From NCBI RefSeq assembly GCF_006345805.1, contig NC_043008.1, positions 33,914,001-33,978,000 on the forward strand: a stretch of DNA of 64,000 nt, written 5' to 3'. The position numbers and the translations under genes are program-made. Each line of letters opens with the position of its first letter. Position 1 is the stretch's first letter. The notes beneath the pieces were generated by a model, which was given only the letters and a program-made list of their open reading frames with translations, searched no databases and was not told the origin of the DNA. Shown here in pieces: positions 13,031 through 22,600 of this stretch. Source of the stretch: Octopus sinensis. Its lineage: Eukaryota.

Positions 13031-13472
13031 ACACAGGTACAAGAAATCCAAATCAAATGTGATATCTGAAGAAATGACCGACAAGAGTACCACAAGGACC
13101 TGTTTACCAGAGGAGATAGAATCACAACCAAACAATACTTTGAAACAGCAAGTAGCAAAGATATTGCCCCCAAATAATGCACATTCAATTAGAAATGATC
13201 CTTGCATGATGGAAAGGGAATTGCATTCCACTGATGTATATTCAATTGCAAAAGGTTTATGTATGGTTGATGATAATGTTGAAGAATATATGTATATGGC
13301 TAAAAAGGATATATATTCAAATGTAAATGATAAATATGAAAATGGCTCAGATACTGTTCACAGTGATTTACGTTTCACTGAGAATGAAGGATATTATGTA
13401 AATTCAGCTGAAAATGATTTATGCTCTGGTAAAAATGGCATGTATATTGATATGGAATCTTGCCATAAGTGA
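13031..13472 (+). CDS. Terminal exon C (phase 2): cytoplasmic tail rich in tyrosine motifs
   Basis: Acceptor gctaacattttcttag with a ctaac branch point. The frame extends ORF 13059..13472 upstream to (R)HRYKKSKSNVISEEM; stop TGA at 13470-13472; AATAAA near 13661. Confidence 0.8.
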
Positions 13473-14074
13473 TTAAGATAACTTACTTGAAAGTGTTTTC
13501 TTCTAAAAATTCAATCTAATTATATCTAAAGAAAACAGATACATAAAACAACCCTCAGTGTCAACACTTCAAAAACCTAATAGAATATTTGAAATATGTT
13601 TTCACTGAAATAATTAAACAAATACCAGCCCCTGCCACACAATTTATATACACTCCTATAAATAAACAAGTATTTATAATCATAACTGTTATAATAGTTT
13701 ATATAAAACATTGGTTTGGCAAACTGTAGTTTCCTTTGAAATTTGTGGTGTGAGACCAAATGTAGCACTTTGTACTGCATTGATGTTTCTTTTGTCTCTC
13801 TTCCTTCTCTTTTTCTTTCTTTCTCTCTTCCTTTTATCTTTTTTTTATCCTGATTTTATTCTTTTACTTGTCTTTCTTTTGTAATACGTTATATTAAGGA
13901 AAAATAAGAATAAGAGATATTTTTTCATACAATAAATTTGGAAATAATATTTTTAAGGCTCAATTCCATTAAACTATTAAATTTTAATATCTTCGATTAA
14001 TTTTCCTTAATATAATTCACAGTTCAATATTTGATGCTGAACAGTTGTATTTATTATTTTAATTATTAATTAAG

Positions 14075-14265
14075 GTGATGAACTGGCAGAATCCTTAGTA
14101 TGCTGGGGAAAATGCATAGTGGTATTTCACCTGCCACTACGTTCTGAGTTCAAATTCTGCCTTTCTGACTTTGCCTTTCATCCTTTCGGGGGCGATAAAT
14201 TATGTAGCAGTTGCGCACTGGGGTTGATGTAATTGTCTACCTTTTCCCCTCCAATTTCAGGCTAA
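14075..14265 (+). mobile_element. SINE family B
   Basis: gaactggcagaatccttag...gttctgagttcaaattc...actttgcctttcatcctttcgggg. Confidence 0.7.
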
Positions 14266-14289
14266 GATTATATTAATTATCTCTCCTTT

Positions 14290-14480
14290 TACTCTTTACT
14301 CTTTTACTTGTTTCAGTCATTTGACTGTGGCCATACTGGAGCACCACCTTTAGTCAAGCAAATCAACACCAGGACTTATTCTTTGTAAGCCTAGTACTTA
14401 TTCTATCGGGGCTCTTTTGCCAAACTTTGTCAAGCAATGTTGAGGGTGGGGGATACAGACACAGACACACAAACATATAC
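14290..14480 (-). mobile_element. SINE family A, 3' half
   Basis: tttactcttttacttgtttcagtcatttgactgtggccatactggagcacc. Confidence 0.75.
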
Positions 14481-14959
14481 ACACACATGTATATATATAT
14501 ATATATTTATAAATGAGGGTGAAAAATTGATAATAATTTAATAATACCATTAATTTAACACCGAGTGGCTTAGCACAAAAAACTACGGAGAAAATACAAA
14601 TTTATATATATATATAAACTAGCAGAATTGCCCGGCGTTGTTCGGGGCTGAATTGCTTGAAAGTACTGTTAATGATTGCATTGAATTATGATGATTATTC
14701 AGGCAAATATTGATATAAGTTTACGGCGAATGAATGTATTTGTAAGTGTATAGAAAGCCGTGTAAAGGGGTTCCTACCCCCTCGTAGAATGGTGTAAGAA
14801 TTGAATGCGAGGTTGCCTTGAAAAGAACCATGTTATTGTTCTCATAATTGTAAGAATTTGATATTCGTTGAAGGCAATGTAAAACGTTCGCAGGTGAATA
14901 GGGTCTCTTCGTTTTGCACGAACGGCAGCGGATGTGCTGTTACAAAACTTCATGCTGTG

Positions 14960-16792
14960 TTAAAAGAGAGTGGATTTCCTATGTAGGCAAGAGACAGGCC
15001 CAAAAACCTGCCCTTTTTTAATTAAATGAATGAGCTTAGCCAGTTTCTGCCTGAAAACCCTTGCAATAATATCATGGCGATGACAGTACTGCTGCCCTGG
15101 GAGAAGTTCTTGCGCTACCTCAACCCACTTTGGGTTACATGTAAAGGTAATGAATAAATCGGGTCGCCCATAATGCCGAACGTAAGTCATAGCATCTTGT
15201 GTTCGCTCGTGCATGTACCGTGGGCCCCCTGTATAGGTTGAGGGGAGAATGCACATTTTGCCGATATTGCGGGCGTCAGTGTCATTCCTGATGCCATCAC
15301 GCAAATGGATGTAGGAGTCTGAGCGCAGCTGCTTCTGATTCAATTTGATGAAGAACAGTCTCTTGGACTCCATCTTTGCAGCCATGTCAACTACAAACTG
15401 GTGAAACAGTTCCCGTGATCTGTGCAGGGGGTTGAAATCATTATGCCTTGTCATGAAGCGGTATGAGTAAAAAGCCATACATGAAACGGTTTTAGATGTC
15501 GCAGCCGAGGGCTCGTTTGGTTTGTGGTGAGGAATGCCGAAATGGTACCCGTCTTCTCCATACGGAAAAAGAAGGGGATACTGCAGGGCATCATATGACC
15601 GATGCGTCTCATTAATACGCTGAAGACCACTGTCGCGGCTTTGAAGAACTATGTCTCGCTGCTTGTGCTGTTTACCATGGAGAACTATAGCCACTTCATT
15701 GTACGAAGGAGCGTTATATCGGCGCGCGTACTCCCCAGAAGGCTTTTTGTCAGCATCGATGACAATGGTGAATGTTGGTGAAGGGGCTGTTTCCAAGGCG
15801 TATTTGAAACTGCGAATATAGCTGTTGTGGTCATGAAGCATGTTTTGCAGAGTGAGCAGCACGTCCCTGTCGAAATTGTCAGCGTCAGTGTTTGCAGGTT
15901 GTGGAATTACGTCGAAACGCAAATCAAGTTGCCTATTGTAATTTGTAATGAAATAAATTTGAAGGAACGAAGGTTTGCAATTTTGTAGTGGCTGGAGTGG
16001 CCCAATAAGGTGGTACACCTGGCCCTGGACCTTGAAAGAAGGCATCCAACCAGTTTCTCTGACAACGTTAGCCCCGAAAGAAGTCATCTGAAATGCACAA
16101 TTGTACTTCCTGATGAGTTGAAGGAATTTTGATGACCTTGAGGTGGAACCAGTAAGTAATTCCTTCAAAGGGTCTGGCAGCTCCCGAAGAGGGGGCAAGC
16201 TGACCTTACCGTTTAAGCAGCACATCGCAGGTGGTTCCCCAGCCCACTTTTTAGCATTGCAGAAATGGCAATTGAAGCACATTTCCCCAATATTTATGTC
16301 AGCGTGCATCGAGTAATTGAAGTTGGGCTCATACTTGAAAGCACGTAGATGCCAGTAAGGGCTGTTTGGACTCGTCAGACCGCGGCGTCGACTGTTCCGC
16401 TGGAATGTAGAACGTTGCTGGTCTGAGTTGTGGGAATGTGTCGAAAATGTTGAAGCAGCAGTAGCCGCAGCGTTTGTAGCCAGTCAAGTGGCCCTTTGTT
16501 GTGGGTCCTCTGAAGCCCTTTGTGCAGCAACAGCAGAAGCCTTTATGGCGCTGCGCTTCGACCTTGTTTCCGGACCGTCTGAAGCCGTGGAAGCAGCATC
16601 GTATGAAGCCATTTTTGCTAGGCGTGCGTTGCGCTGTTGTAAATTTTCAGCAGCTCGTGATTGCGCTGAACGTAAGGCGCTCTGTGAAAGTCTGAAAGCC
16701 TTTTTGTCGGAAGACTCGTTTGCGATAATCGCCTTTTGCGCTGCTGCTGCTGCAGTATGGCGGCCGAGGCGACTTCTCTTTTTCGGTGGCAT
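14960..16792 (-). pseudogene. Truncated Helitron RepHel ORF: N-terminal repeats, Cys motif, helitron_like_N and Rep motif 1; no helicase
   Basis: ORF 14960..16309 contains CHFCNAKKWAGEPPAMCCLNG, FKVQGQVYHLIG, YDALQYPLLFP, GGPRYM and RPDLFITFTCNPKW. ORF 16484..16792 (MPPKKRSRLGR...) is the frameshifted N-terminus. Confidence 0.88.
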
Positions 16793-17311
16793 TTTATGTG
16801 AAAAAGAAAGGGTGAAAGTTACTTAAAGATAGAAATTGTAATGTGAATGAAATGTGGAAAAATGTAAACCGTGGAAGGAAAAGAAAGAAATATTAGCAGC
16901 TGAAAGAAATTTTTTATGCAAGTATAGCGACAGAGTGTGTAAAATGTATTTAAATTTTAGTTAAAAGCAAGAAAATAAAGTTAGATTTGCAAGAATGGAA
17001 GTAGTTTACGTACATGTTCGAAATGTAAAGTGTTTTAGTTGTTTAATCAAATATTTGCGTAAAGTGTATAGAAACGTAAATTGAAAAAGAAAATGAATTG
17101 AAATGTTTAAGAAAGGAATTTGTTTACATACATGTGTCAAATGGCAAATGTTTGTGCAGTTGTCCGAAATGGAACCAGGGTAAATGTGTGGAACTGATGT
17201 ATTATAATGAATAGTCCTTCTTGAACTGAAAACCAGTGGTGTAGCATATAAGACCATAGGGGATCTTCTTCTAGCAAAAAGGGATGACCAGTCTGAATGG
17301 CTCATCCCTGT

Positions 17312-17312
<1 letters not shown>

Positions 17313-17378
<66 letters not shown>

Positions 17379-17397
17379 ACACACACACACACACACG
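17313..17397. repeat. (CA)n microsatellite inside the Helitron 5' region
   Basis: Directly visible. Confidence 0.95.
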
Positions 17398-18819
17398 TTA
17401 GCTTACAATTTCTTTCAACAATTGACACTGTCGTATATATTTGCGTGTCTATGTGTGTAAAGAGGAAGTGGGAGTAATAGGCAGAGTAAAGGCTTTGAAG
17501 TGAAAGAGTGAAATGGTAAAATATTGAGTTTTCTCGAATTTTTTCTTAATTGGGTGTCAAATTGAAAGAAATTCTGTATGGCATGACCGAATGGAAGTAC
17601 TTGGAAAAATCATAGGTAAACTCTAATTGAAGAAATTGTGTGAGGAGTAAATCCTTATGTATTTATTTGTTTCTGTTTGCTGTTTTTGTTTTTTTTTGAG
17701 TAGTGGTTTAAGGTACACTTGCAAAGAGAAAGTAGGAGAAATTAGGGTGATAGCATGAGTGAAGCAGTTCATCCCTGTTATATAAAATGTTTCACTTTAA
17801 TTGTTTCACACTTGCAAAGAGAAAGTAGCAGAAAGTGTGGTGGTAATGGTATGAGTGAAGCAGTTAAAATGAAAGAGAGAAATCTAAAAATATTGAGTTT
17901 TCTCCAATTTTTGCTTAATTGGGGGTGAAATTGGAAAAACTGTACCAGCCACGACCCGATGGATTCTACTCGTAAAAATGATAGGTAAATTCTAATTGAA
18001 GAAATGCTATTTTGTAGATTTGTATAAAAAACAAACGGTTTGGGAGGCAGATAAAATCTGCCTTTTATAATAAGAGATTCCATTATTCTATATTATCTAT
18101 GTCTATGAACTATATTTGGAATACAGGACAATATAATGGATTTTGCACATAACTATTATGGATTATTACAGAAGACTTTCCAGGAAGCATATATGGATTT
18201 AAAGACTCTCATACTAAAGTGTACTTACCAAAATCAAAAACAGAAATTTTTAATTTTTAATTTATATTTCATCCAAACACCATTTTATTATATTACTTAT
18301 ATTATCATATACAAAATTCAAATTTTATATCGCTGAAGAACAGAAGAGTTGTCTATAAATGCTTATCAATATAGGATTCCCTTTTAGAGACAGCACTTCC
18401 GCAAAATGATCGTAAGATGCTTTAAAAACTTAATTCAAAACTTTGAAACTCATATATATTATATAGTTATACTTATACATATTTTCATATATCTATATAT
18501 ATTTATACTTTTAGTACAACAATTATTTTACACACGTATATATCTTTCTGAAGAATTTTCTAATATTGATTTCCTGATATTAATAATAATATATTATAAA
18601 AAATATACATATAGCATATAACTCTTTCCAAATTAGATACATTAATAAATCATAACGATACTGAGAATAATTTGCATGAACACAATTAAATAAAACCCTT
18701 AACAATCCAACCACCAATGAAACAGATAATTCTTTAGAAATAATGAAAAACTCTCACCCAAAGAACAAAACAGCACACAAAAATCTCATAAACCAAATAT
18801 TCCCATATTCTTTTCTACT

Positions 18820-19020
18820 CTAGGCACAAGGCCCGAAATTTTGAGTGAGGGGACTAGTCGATTAGATAGATCACAGTACGCAACTGGTACTTAATTTATC
18901 GACCCTGAAAAGATGAAAGGCAAAGTTGGACTTGGTGGAATTTGAACTCAGAATGTAAAGATAGATGAAATACTGCTAAACATTTCACCCAGCGTGCTTA
19001 ACTTTTCTACCAGCTCGCTG
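18820..19020 (-). mobile_element. SINE family B
   Basis: ctactctaggcacaaggcccgaaatttt...gatgaaaggcaaagttg...ttgaactcagaatgtaaag. Confidence 0.75.
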
Positions 19021-19241
19021 TATTAAAATGTTCCCATATTCAGCCATAAATAACAATGCAAGACTAACTGCCCCATACTCATCATTTAAACCAAAAACTA
19101 ATTCTGATTCCCCTTCAGCAAAATCAAATGGGGTCTGATGAGTCTCTGCAATACTAGAAATGACTCATATTATAAATATAGAAAAATTACAAAAAAAAAA
19201 AACCAACACACTTATTGATATTTTAATAACCTAACTAAATA

Positions 19242-19605
19242 GGCATATGTGTAGCTATATTGTAAGAAGCTTGCTTCCCAACCACATGGTTCTGGGTTCA
19301 GTCCCACTGTGTGACACCTTGGGCAAGTGTCTTCTACTATAGCCTCAGGCTAACCAAAGTTGACAGAAACTGAAAGAGGCCTATCGTATATATATTATAT
19401 ATATATGTATATGTATATATTTGTGCATGTGTCTGTGTTTGTCTGCTGCCCTCATCACTTAGTGGTTTGGCAGAAAAGACTGATAGAATAAGTACTAGGC
19501 TTATAAAGAATAAGTCTTGGGTGCAATTTCTTCAGCTTTTAAAACCCTTTAAGTTGGTGTCACAGTCAAATGACTGAAACAAGTAAAAGAAGAAAAGAAT
19601 AAAAG
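19242..19605 (+). mobile_element. SINE family A, near full length (tRNA-like head, CORE-like gtgacaccttgggcaagtg segment, internal microsatellite)
   Basis: gtaagaagcttgcttcccaaccacatggttctgggttcagtcccactg...aaatgactgaaacaagtaaaag. Confidence 0.75.
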
Positions 19606-19914
19606 AAATTAATTCTACCCACTAATAACAACCAGCTTATTAAAATTAATGATGTACTAACCTCATAAAATACTCTGAGCAATTGCACAAACAGATCCTA
19701 ATGCATATTCAGAATCAGAAAACCAGCCAGCCCCTATTACTGAATATACTCCAATTCTAGGCATATACAAAAAACAACATTATACTTATACCCCTCCCAA
19801 CTCCATAGCCACTAAAAAATAACTATTCATAAAAATAAAGCAAGAAATAATCTCAAAAATTGACAAACATGGAAAAGAAAAAAATTAACTAAAGTAGATT
19901 TAATATACTTGTAG

Positions 19915-20135
19915 CTCAGGCAGTGAGATGGCAGAAATGCTAGTACGCTGGGTGAAATACTTAGTGATACTTTGTCTGTTTTTATATTCTGAGTTCAAAT
20001 TCCACTGAGGTCGACTTTGCTTTCCATCCTTTCAGGGTTGATAAATTAAGTACCAGCTATGTACTGAGGTCAGTCTAATTGACTGGCCCCTCCTCTCCCA
20101 AAATTTCAGACCTTGTGTCTAGAGTAGAAAAGAAT
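19915..20135 (+). mobile_element. SINE family B
   Basis: ggcagtgagatggcagaaatgctag...ggtcgactttgctttccatcctttcagggttgataaa. Confidence 0.75.
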
Positions 20136-20621
20136 ATACTTGTAGCTAACCAACATTTTGATCCAGCAGACTATGTCCACTGATTGCAAAATTACATGAT
20201 GGAATTACTCCTGTTTGTAATGGACTCATGATTTTATACACAATGATATAGTCAAGCAACCACTACAGCAGTCTTATACCAGCCTGTACCGAGTGTTAAA
20301 ATTAAAAGCCAAGTTCATGGTTTTAGACGTTTAAGGGAAACATCAGACTGTTAGCATAAATCGTGTGAAGTAGGCTTTTATTGAGTCACCTTCCCAGCAA
20401 TAGTACCCCACTTCCCCACCCACAACACTTATACATACTTCCACACAACATACACACTCCTCTGACACAACAAAGAATACTACACCAGTTATTACATTCC
20501 CCCCAGCTCATGTTACCAAGAGCAGTAGAAAAGTCCACTGGCCAGCCAAATATGCTCACATATACTATTTTTGATTACTTTGTAAATCCTATTTTAAAGA
20601 ACTCTTAGGCCAAAAGGTTTT

Positions 20622-20682
20622 GGGGTCTGACGATACGCCATAAAGCTAAGCTCTTTATGGATGGGAAACCCAGGGTAATCCC
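20622..20682 (+). ncRNA. Hammerhead ribozyme-like motif 1 (type I)
   Basis: ggggt CTGACGA ...ccataaag/ctttatgg... GAAA cc(cag)gg TA atccc. Stem I ggggt/atccc, GUA site; the proximal part of stem II is imperfect. Confidence 0.5.
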
Positions 20683-20709
20683 ATAGAGACTGGCCTTCCT
20701 CACTTTATA

Positions 20710-20783
<74 letters not shown>

Positions 20784-20795
20784 GCAGCACGAAGT

Positions 20796-20845
20796 TTTGT
20801 CAGTGAACAGTCGCGGTCTCAAAGCGACGAAAATATTTTGACAAA
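20796..20845 (+). ncRNA. Hammerhead ribozyme-like motif 2 with a G3-C8 swapped core
   Basis: tttgtca GTGAACA gtcgc-ggtctcaaa-gcgac GAAA atat TT tgacaaa: perfect 7-bp stem I and 5-bp stem II. Confidence 0.55.
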
Positions 20846-21092
20846 TTAAATTTAAATGTTGAAGTCAATGTAACAGTTTTGTGTGTTTCTTAAATGGCTT
20901 ATAAACACCTTCCACGCTGCAATTGTTTTCGTTCCAGCACACGATCTCAGATCAAGTCACTTGCTATGCAAGTACATCTCCGTAATATATATATATATAT
21001 ATATATATGTAAAGTTAATCCAAACATGAAACACAACAACACAAGGACGTGGAACAAGTATAGTATTATTGGACGCTCATGAAAGAAGGACG

Positions 21093-21127
21093 GTTTAACG
21101 TTTCGAGTGGAGCTCTTCGTCAGAAAC
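21093..21127 (-). ncRNA. Minimal type I hammerhead ribozyme motif 3 (Penelope-LTR type)
   Basis: Minus strand gttt CTGACGA a gag-ctcca-ctc GAAA cg TT aaac; palindromic ACGU in place of stem III. Confidence 0.6.
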
Positions 21128-21623
21128 ATAGGAAAAGGAAAGATCCAAAGAAGGGAAGATGGAGGAAAATAATCACCAACGGTACACATATATTTTATAA
21201 CACAAAGTAAGTTAGGGGTTAAGGGTGCAACCCACTAAGGGATAGTGGAATTATTCTATGATACTATATTAATTCGTTGGATTAAAATACAAATATAAAT
21301 ATAATTTGAACTTCAACTTTGATGAAAAGAAAAAAATCCTTATATTGATATTGGTGTATATTCGTGCGTATATAAATACATGTACATGTTGCTTCTATTT
21401 GTTACCCACATGCATGAACCTGTATGTATTAAGAACTATATACTAAAAGCCATGGTCTAACTGTATGTTTTTTTATATATTTATATACATATATATATTT
21501 GTTTGTATGGATTGTAAATTGTTTATCTTGTATTGTAATATTTGATATATATTAGAATCTATTATAATATGTATTGTCAAGTGAAGATTACTATAAATCT
21601 AATAATATTGTTATTATTGATAA

Positions 21624-21663
<40 letters not shown>

Positions 21664-21934
21664 TGATTATTGTTTATGTAGTCATGAGCATAGACGTGTT
21701 TATATGTTCCAGTATATATATATATATATATATGTATATGATAAATGGTCTATTTACTTGGACTTATAGTTTAATTGTGTTTATTTATGTATTTTTACAC
21801 ATGTAAAAGTATATATACTCTGCTTATGTATGTATATATGTATATGTATAAGTCTATGTGGATATTTGTTCATATTTTTTATATATATTAATTATACGTC
21901 TATCCTGTTTCATGTATTAAAATTTTTGGAGTTC

Positions 21935-22072
21935 ATCATAATCTCTGACGAGGCCTATGGTTATATATATAAGTACCCTATTCTTAAATGCCTACAACTT
22001 CAATATAATTGACAACTATAGGCAATAAAAAAATACTTTTAACCATATGCTGAAACAGCTGTAAGGAATGAT
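21935..22072 (+). ncRNA. Hammerhead-like motif 4 with a long stem II loop
   Basis: atcataatct CTGACGA ggcctatggtt ...~78 nt... aaccatatgct GAAAC agct GTA aggaatgat. Confidence 0.45.
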
Positions 22073-22364
22073 TTTAATGATTTCAATAATTTATATTATG
22101 ATTTTTATAATTTGCATTTTTATCTTATATGTATTGAATTATAAGTTATATATGTATGCTATTAAGTTTCTCATTTTGTTAAATGAATAAATAATTCAAC
22201 ATTCTAATATCCAAAAGTTGATGAACAAACTAAATTGTTTCTCCATTTTCTTATTTGTATTATATATATTTTTTATTTTTTATTTTATCTAGTTTCAGCT
22301 CACGAGCTGTGGCCATGCTGGGGCACCGCCATTTATATATATATATATATACACACACATACTC

Positions 22365-22600
22365 TTTTACTCTTTTATTTGTTTCAGTAATCTGACTGCA
22401 GCCTTATTGGAGCACCGCTTTTTAGTTGAATAAATTGACCCCAGGACTTATTCTTTGTAAGCTCTATGGGTTTCTTTTGCTGAAACATTAAGTTATGGGG
22501 ATGTAAACTCACCAACACACCAACATCGGTCGTCAAGCAATGGTAGTGGGGACAAACACAGACACAAATACATACATACATACATACATACATGCATATA
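22365..22600 (-). mobile_element. SINE family A, 3' half (the 5' half is displaced to 24830-24990 by the CR1 insertion)
   Basis: The two halves join across the internal (CATA)/(TA) microsatellite, as in the intact copy at 41320-41740. Confidence 0.7.

Larger units (their letters stand above)
14619..18077 (-). mobile_element. Helitron with both termini intact, internally deleted
   Basis: On the minus strand it begins a|TCTCTTATTATAAAAG at 18077 and ends in a GC-rich hairpin (gccccgaacaacgccgggc) then CTAG|t at 14619. Encodes the RepHel N-terminus. Confidence 0.88.

Noticed and set aside
16428-16826. Ala-rich 132-aa plus-strand ORF, and other antisense ORFs over the LINEs
   Set aside because: Shadow frames of TE coding sequence on the opposite strand
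19130-19170. CTGATGA...GAAA hammerhead-like pair
   Set aside because: No pairing stem II closes the core and no stem I or III is evident
19250-19320. tRNA-like sequences (also in other SINE copies)
   Set aside because: These are SINE heads with A/B-box remnants; there is no complete cloverleaf
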